From the NCBI RefSeq assembly GCF_011045215.1, contig NZ_CP049201.1: 64,000 bases of DNA. One strand, written 5' to 3'. The translations under genes were made by a program, and so were the position numbers. A model generated the notes under the pieces. It worked only from the letters and a program-made list of their open reading frames with translations, had not been told where the DNA came from and ran no database searches. Source of the stretch: Escherichia coli (lineage in GTDB: Bacteria; Pseudomonadota; Gammaproteobacteria; Enterobacterales; Enterobacteriaceae). How positions within the stretch are numbered: position 1 is the first letter of the stretch; the number at the start of each line of letters is the position of its first letter. Shown here in pieces: positions 21,255 through 31,008 of this stretch.

Positions 21255-22274
21255 TGTGTGATTCATAGACATCGTTTCAATTTTCTCAGCTCAAGTTCAA
21301 GCTTGTAATTCTGTTCCTGAATATGCTCCTTATTGGGCTGATAGCTTGCGTGAACGGCATCCGAGTATGGCGTTTTCTCAGCAAGTTCAAAGTAGCGCTC
21401 CATCGGCGTTTTACCGTTGTGAGCGCAATGAGGACGTTCCCAGTTATAGTAATGCTGCCATTCTGCCAGTCGCTCCTCCAAGTTATCAGTAGCGATATCT
21501 ACGGTAGCGTAAAACTCAGCTTTGTCTGTCTTTTGGGAGCGTTCAACTTTGCCATTAAGATGGGGTGATGCTGGTTTATTTGGACGAAACTTGATGCCGT
21601 ATTCTTTCAGTCTTTCCTGCACCTTAACGGCAAAAAACTCTCTTCCCCGGTCTGTCTGAAAGCGCTGAATCGGGAACGGCATTTCTTCAATAAAACAATC
21701 AATGAAATCCAGTGTGTTTGTAGTCGTGCGACGGGAATAGAGCCTCAGAACTCTGTAGCGAGTGCAATCATCAACAGATGTGTACTGATATAAGCCGGGG
21801 CCAATTTTACAGGTATCCATCTGAACCCAATCACCGGGAACAGGGCGTTCGTAGCGAATGAAATCAGCTTTACGCCGGAGTTTAACAACAGGTTTAACCT
21901 GATTCTGGCAAAGAACTTTGTGGATTGTTGCCATTGCAAGTGAGATTGAATGAAGTCGTTTTAACTCGCTTTGAATCCGTCTTGCACCCAGATTTCGCTG
22001 GGAACGTAACTCCAGAATCAGAGCGACTTCGCAAGTGCCGGTTTTCGTTGATGGCGAACGCTTAGGGCGACGGCTGTGGCTTTCCAGACCAGCGATGCCC
22101 TGAGCCAGATATCTGCGCCACCATTTACGCAATGTGGGGCGGGAAATACCGCAGCGACGGCATACGAACCCCGCGTCACCAGACGTTTCATAGAGTTTTA
22201 CCCACTGTAGCCGCTGCTGAATTTCCCTGTTCATAGTAAGGCATTATAGTGAAACGATGTCTATGAATCACACA
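21255..22274 (-). mobile_element. ~1.0-kb insertion sequence with 25-bp perfect terminal inverted repeats and one DDE transposase (IS481-family-like)
   Basis: Left end TGTGTGATTCATAGACATCGTTTCA (21255-21279) is the exact reverse complement of the right end (22250-22274); encloses the transposase ORF. Confidence 0.75.
21263..22234 (-). CDS. DDE transposase (323 aa), N-terminal HTH plus integrase-core domain
   Basis: Track ORF; N-terminal HTH region (CRRCGISRPTLRKWWRRY), integrase-core region with W..D-/-D-/-E spacing (WVQMDTC... TDRGREF ... ERSQKT). Confidence 0.8.
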   Translation of the reverse strand: MNREIQQRLQWVKLYETSGDAGFVCRRCGISRPTLRKWWRRYLAQGIAGLESHSRRPKRSPSTKTGTCEVALILELRSQRNLGARRIQSELKRLHSISLAMATIHKVLCQNQVKPVVKLRRKADFIRYERPVPGDWVQMDTCKIGPGLYQYTSVDDCTRYRVLRLYSRRTTTNTLDFIDCFIEEMPFPIQRFQTDRGREFFAVKVQERLKEYGIKFRPNKPASPHLNGKVERSQKTDKAEFYATVDIATDNLEERLAEWQHYYNWERPHCAHNGKTPMERYFELAEKTPYSDAVHASYQPNKEHIQEQNYKLELELRKLKRCL

Positions 22275-22424
22275 AGTAAAGAACCTTGCAGAGGCGTTCG
22301 AGCATTATAACGAATGGCATCCGCATAGTGCGCTGGGTTATCGCTCGCCACGGGAATATCTACGACAGCGGACCTGTAATGGGTTAAGTGATAACAGATG
22401 TCTGGAAATATAGGGGCAAATCCA
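22275..22424 (+). mobile_element. IS2 right-end remnant (last ~40 codons of the orfB transposase plus right terminal repeat)
   Basis: Encodes ...[42 protein letters not shown] and ends ...TGGAAATATAGGGGCAAATCCA, which matches the IS2 terminus as I remember it; truncated where the IS481-like element begins. Confidence 0.7.
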
Positions 22425-22598
22425 GCGTAATACCAACCATATAATCTCTAGGAGGAGTATTTTTACAATAGTAAGAACTATCATACATCCCCCTACAGAT
22501 TCAGAGAAGAAAAAGAATTAATTATCGTCAAAACTTTCGACAAATCACATCATTAACATGATAACAACTAACAAAGGACAAGCTAATGAAAGATGTGA

Positions 22599-23651
22599 TT
22601 ACTGCATCAATACGGTAGCTATCGCACTGCCAGAAAACGATCCAGCATCAATTCTGTTTGTATCTATAACCCTATATTGTGACGTTATATCAAATGTTCT
22701 ACTTCCACTGATAACCCCCGAAAATTCCTTCGCACCATCAACAGTCAATGTGCACTTTCCATTATCTCCACATCGAGTTACATTCCCCCCTTCCCCTGAT
22801 ATTAGATTACTACCTTTAATGGTTATATCTACTCTGGTTGGTGAACTGCAATTAATCACTAATCCGGCCTTAGCAAAGTGTCCATCACGAGCCTGGGCTG
22901 ATGTTATTGCATTATGATTTATTGATATATCTTTATTCCCTGCTATATTACAGGATGCCAGAACATTCACTCTTACAGGGGCATATCTGTTCTCCATATT
23001 AACTACTGCAGACTCAACACCCCCACCATCAGAACAATATTTTTCCCCCTTATACCATTCCTCAGATCCTATTTTTAGCGGAATGTTTAAATCATATATT
23101 CCGGCTAAAGCACTGCCCCTCTCTATCGTTACCCTCAATTTGGTACTCTGAAAGTTGTTATATACCAGAGGATATCTGTATCCCGGGACAATTTCTCCTT
23201 CTGGGAATGGTCTGTCATACCAATCATAGTTATCATAAACACCAACGTAAGTCTGATAACCATTATAAATACCACGTTTATTATACCCCCCGGAAATAAT
23301 CTGAATACTCCCTTTCAGACCATTACCCAATCGTATGTTATTACTATCAACTGGCATCGCAATCCATGTTGCCTGACTCTTTGAGCCTTTACCCGAAAGA
23401 ATCTTAACCGGCGAGCTAACAGGCACATTATGACGCTGGACCCAGCTAACAACTGCAGACGTTCTTGGTGCCAGACCGGGCAATACAATATCAAAATAAC
23501 TTGCTGTGTTTCCTGAGGAAATTGTTACATCCGGAATAGTAACATTGTTACCATCTAACTGCCACAATATTTGCATATCACGACAAGGTTCATATGCAAA
23601 TGAACAACCTGATATAAAAACAAAAAGATAAATTATTTTCTCACACCACAT
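22599..23651 (-). CDS. Secreted adhesin-like protein (~350 aa), possible fimbrial tip adhesin; AT-rich
   Basis: Track ORF 22599..23714(-); signal peptide MWCEKIIYLFVFISGCSFA; cysteine pairs; beta-rich C-terminus ending ...GSAIATVLMQ; no chaperone or usher gene nearby. Confidence 0.45.
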   Translation of the reverse strand: MWCEKIIYLFVFISGCSFAYEPCRDMQILWQLDGNNVTIPDVTISSGNTASYFDIVLPGLAPRTSAVVSWVQRHNVPVSSPVKILSGKGSKSQATWIAMPVDSNNIRLGNGLKGSIQIISGGYNKRGIYNGYQTYVGVYDNYDWYDRPFPEGEIVPGYRYPLVYNNFQSTKLRVTIERGSALAGIYDLNIPLKIGSEEWYKGEKYCSDGGGVESAVVNMENRYAPVRVNVLASCNIAGNKDISINHNAITSAQARDGHFAKAGLVINCSSPTRVDITIKGSNLISGEGGNVTRCGDNGKCTLTVDGAKEFSGVISGSRTFDITSQYRVIDTNRIDAGSFSGSAIATVLMQ

Positions 23652-24797
23652 ACCTTTCACACCTTGTATATCCCCAGACCAGAAAATCCCTGAGCGCATA
23701 AATAACCCTCTCACTACGAACCGAAGACAACTCCATTAACAACGGAAAAACAAACTCAGATACCTTTCCTGGTATTAAAACATCCTTCTCTTTTACTTTT
23801 TTTGCACATCTTCTCCTTAACCATAAAACAGAGAAAGAATAAAATTCGCACACAGGATATATAGATACTTTATCCCAGTAAATAACAAAAAAACGATCTT
23901 TTTATCTACAAAAACGACACAATAAAGACAAACAAACCAAAAACACAAAAAAACACCAAAAATAACTCCAATTGGCAGCAAAATAACAAATAAAAAGATC
24001 GTTTAATTTGCATTAAGCAGCATTTTTAACCGTACAAACAAAAAAGCAAAAATTAGACAAAAATCAAAAACAAGTATATCAAAAAATGGAAAAACAAAAG
24101 ACAGTAATATTATGAGTTGCTTTTTTGTTCACATGTAAACAGGTGAATTTCATTTCAGAGATACTGATTATCCTGAAAATACTTATTCATTAATTACCAA
24201 CACTTTTTCATGTAAACATCACGCTAATTGCATGGAAAAAGAAAGGAAACTTTTTAGTCGGCATGAAGACACTTTTGTAATTACTGTACAGATACTAATT
24301 GTTCCTGCCCTTCCTGACCCGATAGCGTGACAATCCATTTACATGGTTCCATGAAATTGTGAACTGCCTGATAATCTAATGTCGTGTCAACACCACGATC
24401 TTTGACCGTCTTATATATCACTGGTACTAATAGATTAACCCGACCACAGGAAAAATATTTCCGTCAGGTATTTGGATATGCCCGGAACCAAGATCCACAA
24501 AACAGACCACTGACGTTTGTCAATGTAATACTGGCCTTCTATGGTAAATGTTGTGCTCATCAATACACAGATGTGATTTGTCTGAACCTTTACTATGTTA
24601 CTATGGATGGTATTTTACGGGAGAGCTGGAAATACGTTACGCATCCGGAGCTCTTCCCAAAGAATTAACAGCTTGAGCTCGAAAAGGGAAACCTGTTCTG
24701 AATTCCACCTCGGAAAATATAATAACCAGTTTTCTTATGACTATTATGCTTAAACACTGCCCAGATATGTCAGGGAAGAAAGAGTATGATAGACTCA

Positions 24798-25730
24798 TCA
24801 GCTGATGATCTCAGAAAAATCCAACTTTATCTGATGAATATCCTCAAGCTGTACTGATGGAAAATAATATCCCTGAACCCCCCATAAACCAGTTCCTGAA
24901 GCAGCATGCAGATAATCCTTATTTTCAACACCCTCGGCAATAACCAGAGGGCAAAATCTTTTTATATTGTCTATTAATGCAGAAAAATGCGGTTTCATAC
25001 TGTATTTTTGAAAAAAACTTTTGTCAAGTTTCACTGCCTGGAATTTATTTCTTATCAATGTATGTATTGTACTGTTACCACTCCCTAAATCATCCAGCCA
25101 GATATGTTCTGACAAATTAATGAGAAAAGGAATTATTGCATCATCAGCCTTTATGACCGGATATGTTTCAGAAATCTCAAGAACAATAAAATCATATGAC
25201 TTTATTATATCTTGAATGTTTTTATTTCTGTATATATACTGACATGTATCATAATCGACGTTAAGAGAACACAGTATATTATGCTTGCTAAAAAAAGAAG
25301 CTTTACTTATTATTTTTCTTATCTGTAATTCCAGCAAATCAATTTTCATCTCTGCTGTAAACATATTCAGCGTTTTCACGGTAGGAAGTTGTTTTCCGTT
25401 AACAGAATAAAATCGGCTCAGAATCTCCACCGCAATCAGCCTGTTACTGTTACCTGCCGTCACGACAGGCTCTGCTATGAAGATAGTTTTCATAAACTGC
25501 CCCATATGTGAATTGTTGCTTTCTCTTATGACTGTTGCTGTCAACGAATTAAACAAAAAGTCCCTGTTCATCCCTTCATCTGCCATGCCCTCCCCCCGGA
25601 ATAAATCAGTACCAGACAGAGCGCAGCACTTCTTTACAGCACAAAACAGCAATATAATCAATTGCTTTTTATTTATTACGTGACAACCATTACAAAAAAA
25701 CAAAATATTTTTCCTTTCTTTTCCTTTCAT
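24798..25730 (-). CDS. EAL-domain protein (cyclic-di-GMP phosphodiesterase-like), AT-rich
   Basis: Track ORF; EAL-family motifs AVEILSR, DDLGSGNS, KLDKSF, AEGVE, QGYYFP; start may be the internal MADEGMNRDF. Confidence 0.65.
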   Translation of the reverse strand: MKGKERKNILFFCNGCHVINKKQLIILLFCAVKKCCALSGTDLFRGEGMADEGMNRDFLFNSLTATVIRESNNSHMGQFMKTIFIAEPVVTAGNSNRLIAVEILSRFYSVNGKQLPTVKTLNMFTAEMKIDLLELQIRKIISKASFFSKHNILCSLNVDYDTCQYIYRNKNIQDIIKSYDFIVLEISETYPVIKADDAIIPFLINLSEHIWLDDLGSGNSTIHTLIRNKFQAVKLDKSFFQKYSMKPHFSALIDNIKRFCPLVIAEGVENKDYLHAASGTGLWGVQGYYFPSVQLEDIHQIKLDFSEIIS

Positions 25731-25833
25731 CCATACTTACATAAATAAAAAACTGTAACAGCGCAAAGAATTATGACTATCATCTGCTCCTTCATACTGA
25801 AAAAAGATCATTTGATTTTCGGTTTTTAATGAT

Positions 25834-26475
25834 GTGTTAATATTAAATTATGGCGATATTCTTCTTGTTAACCCATCTTTGATGACAAGCTTTCTTACAT
25901 TTTCAGATAAATTCACTGAAGTACCTCTGAATGAAGATACAGTAAACCATTATATACACCATCGCCATACAGGGGAAAAACCAACCTACGACGGGCCTGT
26001 TCATTTTCTGAAAAAATGTTTTGCCTACCCGGAAGTGTTGTCAGAACTCATAAACAATATAAATTATGAAAATCATATCCATCCGGAATTCAGAGAAGCT
26101 GTCTGTTTCTCGTTATTGTCAATTTTTAATACCCGCCCCGCTTTAATAAACTTCCTTTCATCTGGCATCCCAACTTTTTCAGGAAAAGTACGAAACATAT
26201 TACTGTCAGATATATCACGACAATGGAAGTTGCGCGATATATCTGAATATGTATATATGAGTGAAAGTCTGATAAAGAAAAAACTTCTGTCTGAAAACAC
26301 ATGTTTCAGTAAAATTTTACTCGAAGTACGAATGTTTTCAGCCAGAAACTTACTGGAACAGAAATACTCAGTGAAACACGTTGCTGAAAAATGTGGCTAT
26401 TCCAGTACATCCTACTTTGTCTATCTTTTCAGACAACACTTTAATATAACACCACGACAATTCACCATGATATGA
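25834..26475 (+). CDS. AraC-family transcriptional regulator, AppY/EnvY-like
   Basis: Track ORF; C-terminal double HTH ...RQWKLRDISEYVYMSESLIKKKLLSENTCFSKILLEVRMFSARNLLEQKYSVKHVAEKCGYSSTSYFVYLFRQHFNITPRQF. Confidence 0.7.
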   Translation: MLILNYGDILLVNPSLMTSFLTFSDKFTEVPLNEDTVNHYIHHRHTGEKPTYDGPVHFLKKCFAYPEVLSELINNINYENHIHPEFREAVCFSLLSIFNTRPALINFLSSGIPTFSGKVRNILLSDISRQWKLRDISEYVYMSESLIKKKLLSENTCFSKILLEVRMFSARNLLEQKYSVKHVAEKCGYSSTSYFVYLFRQHFNITPRQFTMI

Positions 26476-27065
26476 TCGTCCGGAAAAACAGATTCAATGG
26501 CGTTGACAAATGAACCCGAGCAATAACCATGCGGGCTGACAACGGGGCAGAACCTGAGCCAGCCGGGAGTCATTCCCTGGGTCACAACTTCATAACTTGC
26601 CACAAATACTCGTGTCAATACTTCGCAACCAGACTCAATCACCCGGCTGCGTGAACCAGTTAATCCAGCATCCAACAGAGGAACGGGCACAGCAGAGCGT
26701 TCTGGCAACGTCGCTGACACGGTCACCCCGGTACAGCATCAGCATAGCAGTCAGTCTGCGGGCATAATTTTATCGTGTGTTTTATGAATGGCTTTCTGCA
26801 TCAGGCGTCGTTCGTCACGGGAAATTGGTGCTATGATCGGCATTGCTCAGTACGGTTGGTGATTTGTTTTGATTTGGCGATTGACCAGATCGCACCATCC
26901 GGGCTGAGTTCCCTCAAAGGGATCTACTATTCCGCGCAGCTATTTAGCTACCAGCATAAATCACACTAAAATATTAAAATTATAATTCGCGTTGAAATTA
27001 TATTCAGCCCCTGAAGTTAACAGAGGCTGGTCGATTTGTATGATATGATGATTTCTGGTTAATTA

Positions 27066-27372
27066 TCAGTGAAGGCTGATCGTATCCATAATCGTACCAT
27101 CTTCAGCGCCTTTCAGAGCGAGATTGGCTTCGTAATATTTACCTTCAGCCATTAAGCTCTGCGCACTCCTCACTTTCTGCTGAGTCTGTTTTAAAGGCAT
27201 AAGCCACTGTGTTTCAGATATATTAATTCCTGCCAGTTGTAGTTTTTCAATTGCACCTTTTTTGTCACCTTTATCCAGTTTTTTATTTGCTTCATCGATG
27301 ACTTTCTGCTTTTCTGGCGTAGTTGTAAAATCTTCTGCCAGCGTCAGTTGACTGTTAATAATGACATAAATA
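27066..27372 (-). pseudogene. 5'-truncated gene fragment (C-terminal ~100 codons, no start codon) abutting the IS3-family element
   Basis: Reverse-strand frame reads ...DIYVIINSQLTLAEDFTTTPEKQKVIDEANKKLDKGDKKGAIEKLQLAG...AEGKYYEANLALKGAEDGTIMDTISLH*; open frame begins at a stop with no ATG. Confidence 0.3.
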
Positions 27373-27461
27373 TCGCCCTCTTGAGGGTTTTTTTATCTTT
27401 TCTGACCAAATGCGTATTTTCATGAAAGGAGATCACTCAATAACCCCCTGTGTCAGCATAG

Positions 27462-28004
27462 TTGTCGCCTCAACTTTTTAAGGAGATAACAATGCCAGGA
27501 CAACCAATATCAAGTGAGCTCAAAGAGAAAGGACTGATATGGCTTTTACCACCATACTGCTGGTCACATCGTCAGATAGCCCGTAAGCTGAAGATCAGTG
27601 CCTCAGTTGTATCAAAATGGAGATATGAGTTAGTGGAGCAAGGACTTTTACCTGAAAATGAAAAGATTACCTCCGTTGATGTTGAAGACTGGACACCGGA
27701 GCGTCGATTCTCAGTTGTTCTTGAGACGGCTACGCTGTCAGAAATGGAGCTTGCTGATTATTGTCGACGCATGGGATTGTTTGTTGAACAGGTTAAAGAA
27801 TGGCGGGCTATCTCAATTCAGGCGCATGAAAAAAAATTGACGGAAAATATTCGAACAGACAGGGCATTGCGTGACGCAAAAAATAAGTTACGAGAACTGG
27901 AGAAAGAGCTTAAGCGCAAAGATAAAGCTCTGGCGGAAGCTGCAGCCCTGCTTATATTGAGGGAAAAGTTCAATGCCCTCTGGGACAACAGCGAGGAAGA
28001 CTGA
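27462..28004 (+). CDS. IS3-family transposase OrfA (HTH plus coiled-coil region)
   Basis: Track ORF; alternative start MPGQPISSELKEK at ~27492; leucine/charged-rich C-terminal region. Confidence 0.8.
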   Translation: MSPQLFKEITMPGQPISSELKEKGLIWLLPPYCWSHRQIARKLKISASVVSKWRYELVEQGLLPENEKITSVDVEDWTPERRFSVVLETATLSEMELADYCRRMGLFVEQVKEWRAISIQAHEKKLTENIRTDRALRDAKNKLRELEKELKRKDKALAEAAALLILREKFNALWDNSEED

Positions 28005-29029
28005 CCCCTCTCCTGGAGTGGCGTAAAATTATTGCTCTTGTCCGTGAGGCCATCTCCAACGGCGCCCGGAAAAGTCAGACTTGTAGGTGTATCGGTATTT
28101 CTATTCGGACACTTCAGCGCTGGACTGATGGCAACGTTATTACCACGGATCGAAGATCCGATACTGTAAACAGATCTCCCCGAAATAAGCTGTCAGAAGC
28201 GGAAAGATTGCAGATACTGGAGTTGTGCAACTCTCCAGAGTTTGCATCCTTGCCTCCAAATGTAATCGTGCCAACTCTGGCAGACAGAGGGACTTATATT
28301 GCTTCTGAATCAACCTTTTATCGTGTACTGAAATCAGCCAACCAGTTGACGAAAAGATCCCGAGAATGCCAGTACAAACGGCCTGATGTACTCAGGGCTG
28401 TTGCGCCGAATCAAGTCTGGAGTTGGGACATCAGCTATTTGCCGTCCTGGGTCAGAAGCCAGCATTTTTACCTCTATATGATCGTCGATATTTACAGTCG
28501 CAAAATTATTGCTGCAGAGGTATTTGCCAGCGAGTCTGGAACACATGCAGCAGAACTACTCCAGCGTGCAGTATGGAATGAAAAATGTTCATCCAACAAT
28601 CTGGTACTCCATTCTGATAACGGTGGTCCCATGCGCAGTTATACGTTGTTGGCGAAAATGTATGCGCTTGGAGTGCTAAGTTCTTATTCCCGGCCAAGAG
28701 TCAGCAATGATAACCCTTACTCAGAATCTTTGTTCCGGACTCTCAAATATTGTCCCTGGTGGCCTGAGAACGGTTTTCGCACTATTGATGATGCCAGAGT
28801 ATGGGTAAACCGTTTTGTAAACTGGTACAACTTTGAACATAAGCACAGCGGGATCAAATACGTCACGCCAGCCGAGCGTCATCAAGGTAATGACATGAAA
28901 ATACTGGCAGCCAGAAAAGCAGTATACCAGCTGGCACGCGAACAGCACCCTGAACGTTGGGGAAAGCATCTACGTAACTGGGACTACATATCAGAAGTCT
29001 ACCTGAATCCAGAAAAAGAGGCTGCATAA
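27990..29029 (+). CDS. IS3-family transposase OrfB (DDE integrase core), expected to be expressed by -1 frameshift from orfA
   Basis: ATG-bounded track ORF 28208..29029, but the frame is open upstream to ~27990 and overlaps the orfA end near GGGAAAAG; integrase-core region with W..D-/-D-/-E spacing (WSWDISY ... HSDNGGP ... ESLFRTLK). Start coordinate approximate. Confidence 0.75.
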
Positions 29030-29143
29030 CGTAATTTTATTACAAAAGGCGACAACTACCTTGAAAAACGCCGGTTACTCACCGATCTCCTTCACGGTAA
29101 TACGCAAATATCCACAACCTTGTTTGTTGTACCAGCGGAAATT

Positions 29144-29392
29144 TCACTCATAATCTGACCGTGTTTTTTTACGGAAGTTGAGTCTGTCCATCAGATTAAA
29201 AAACATTACAATAAATGTAATTACCGCCCCCGTAATACACCCCCATATAATACTTCTCACCACCTGCCCGTCCGGAATTAAAAAATTCCCTGTCGTAATG
29301 CATATGATAAACGACACCATTCCACCGACAAGAAAATAAGCAGATACACAAAAAATACAGGAACATACTAAAAGCTTGATGAAAAAAATCAC
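29144..29392 (-). CDS. Small hydrophobic membrane protein (82 aa)
   Basis: Track ORF; two predicted transmembrane segments. Confidence 0.35.
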   Translation of the reverse strand: MIFFIKLLVCSCIFCVSAYFLVGGMVSFIICITTGNFLIPDGQVVRSIIWGCITGAVITFIVMFFNLMDRLNFRKKTRSDYE

Positions 29393-29612
29393 GACATATC
29401 TCCAACTGTTTCTTTGATTAAGATTTGTTTAATCTCCCCCGGAAATCAATGCCCTGTCTCCCGGAAATTAACAAAACCAAAATGCACGATTTTCCCCACC
29501 CCATGAATATCAGATGGTCAGCGTGATGTTTTCTCGCTCCGGAGATTAAGCGGTTTATCATTACCCTCCGGAAACGCCACACATTGTAAATGTACTGGTT
29601 GTCATCTGTGGG

Positions 29613-30248
29613 CTACTTATTACCAGTAAGCAGGGCCTCACGGTCTGCAGGACTTAACGCCAGATACCGCATGAGCCGGGACATACTCAGGCCCGTAACT
29701 TCGCAAATCTGTGGTCGTGTTATTGTTGGTAGCTTGTTCTGCGCATCAATAATTTCCAGAAGTTCTGATTTCTTCAGTGGTTTTTTTGTCCGCCGTACGT
29801 TGATAATCAGTCGCCCTTCAGCAATATCCCGGATGCGCTGCACTTCATCTTCGGACATTGAAAGATAATACCGGGCTGTCCCCCGATTCAGCCCGAGATA
29901 ACGGGCAATTTTTATCCTGTTCCAGCCCTTGTCCTCCAGTGCACGCATAATCTGATACAGCCGCCATCTACGCTGCGTGTCTGGTATATCCCGTCCGTTC
30001 GGACAGAAATGTTCAATAACCTCATCAACAGTAGCCATATCCCGCACTTCTTCATTAACGAGCGCCTGAACGTCATTCTCTGGCATGGCCAGCCAGCGTT
30101 TCATTGTTGACACAGATACGTCGAATTTTGCACATAAGTCTCCCGGTAATATCCGGGGATTATCGGCATACGCCTGACGCAGTGCCTGTATTACATGTCC
30201 TTCACCGGGTTCTTTGCAAGATGGAATACGCATAACATTCTCCGACAA
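29613..30248 (-). CDS. Putative DNA-binding protein with repeated helix-turn-helix-like motifs (211 aa)
   Basis: Track ORF; three HTH-like segments (VSVSTMKRWL, LGLNRGTARYYL, TGLSMSRLMRYL); no family recognised. Confidence 0.5.
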   Translation of the reverse strand: MSENVMRIPSCKEPGEGHVIQALRQAYADNPRILPGDLCAKFDVSVSTMKRWLAMPENDVQALVNEEVRDMATVDEVIEHFCPNGRDIPDTQRRWRLYQIMRALEDKGWNRIKIARYLGLNRGTARYYLSMSEDEVQRIRDIAEGRLIINVRRTKKPLKKSELLEIIDAQNKLPTITRPQICEVTGLSMSRLMRYLALSPADREALLTGNK

Positions 30249-30281
30249 TAAGAACAGTTCGCTTTTCCTGTTAAGAAAACG

Positions 30282-30524
30282 TTATTTAAGTCCCTGCCTT
30301 AAGTGTTTTGCTTCTTCTTCAAGAAGCGTCTGTAACTCCCGTTTCACATCAAGTCTCTCAAGTTTGAGTATCACGACTTTCATGGAATATCCTCCCCCAA
30401 AATCAGTTTCAAGTCTGGCTATCTGGCGTTCAAGCGAGCAATACTGACTGTATAATCTGTCAAAATGTTGGTGTCTGCCTTTCAGGGTGGACATTACATC
30501 ATGATACTTAAGGAACATATTCAT
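30282..30524 (-). CDS. Small hypothetical protein (80 aa), charged/coiled-coil-like C-terminus
   Basis: Track ORF; stop overlaps nothing, start overlaps the upstream ORF stop by 4 nt. Confidence 0.4.
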   Translation of the reverse strand: MNMFLKYHDVMSTLKGRHQHFDRLYSQYCSLERQIARLETDFGGGYSMKVVILKLERLDVKRELQTLLEEEAKHLRQGLK

Positions 30525-30958
30525 TTCTCCATGGTCTTACATGAATTATTGTATGCCCCGTCCATTACAAAATTATTTATCAACTCACGTAAAACCACCT
30601 TTTGTTCATTATCCTGAGCATACTGAATCTGGCATTCAATTTCGTCTACAGTCAGTCTTATATCAGATTCATTAATTATTTCCGTTATTCGTTTTCTCAG
30701 ATATTCAGGCTGGCCTTTCGTGTTTCGTAAAACAAGACAGAATAACATGTCATAAAGGGCACAATGCCATGAATAACCATCATTGGTTAAAATAAGTCCC
30801 CAAACCTGCTCCGCAATAAGCTGCAGAATAAAGGATTCAGCCTGTTCTGTTTGTCCGGGAGCAACACGGTATAGCGGAGCAATCACAGCAAAAAACAGTT
30901 CATTTAACCAGGATTCCACCTCCTGCGTATTACCGTGAAGGAGATCGGTGAGTAACAT
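30521..30958 (-). CDS. Hypothetical protein (145 aa); N-terminus is encoded by IS terminal-repeat sequence, probably a 5'-truncated gene
   Basis: Track ORF; the first 12 codons (MLLTDLLHGNTQ) are encoded by the inverted IS3-type repeat copy at 30924-30955 and the ATG lies at the IS21-family terminus. Confidence 0.4.
   Translation of the reverse strand: MLLTDLLHGNTQEVESWLNELFFAVIAPLYRVAPGQTEQAESFILQLIAEQVWGLILTNDGYSWHCALYDMLFCLVLRNTKGQPEYLRKRITEIINESDIRLTVDEIECQIQYAQDNEQKVVLRELINNFVMDGAYNNSCKTMEK
30924..30955 (-). repeat. Isolated inverted copy of the IS3-family right terminal repeat
   Basis: GCGTATTACCGTGAAGGAGATCGGTGAGTAAC is the reverse complement of 29073-29104; together they bracket the 29107-30923 segment. 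Confidence 0.7.
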
Positions 30959-31008
30959 CGATGGAGATCGGTTCGTGTCACTTTCACAGAACCGTTTTTA
31001 AATTACCT

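Larger units (their letters stand above)
27411..29106 (+). mobile_element. IS3-family insertion sequence (IS150-group-like, long OrfA), ~1.7 kb
   Basis: Imperfect terminal inverted repeats TGCGTATTTTCATGAAAGGAGATCACTCAATAACC (left) and GGTTACTCACCGATCTCCTTCACGGTAATACGCA (right); orfA and orfB in overlapping frames. Confidence 0.75.

Noticed and set aside
26476-26970. GC-richer segment with short ORFs on both strands (e.g. 26421..26726 minus, 26775..26969 plus)
   Set aside because: Translations are short and lack starts or motifs; the minus ORF overlaps the AraC gene end. Probably decayed gene fragments, not annotatable.
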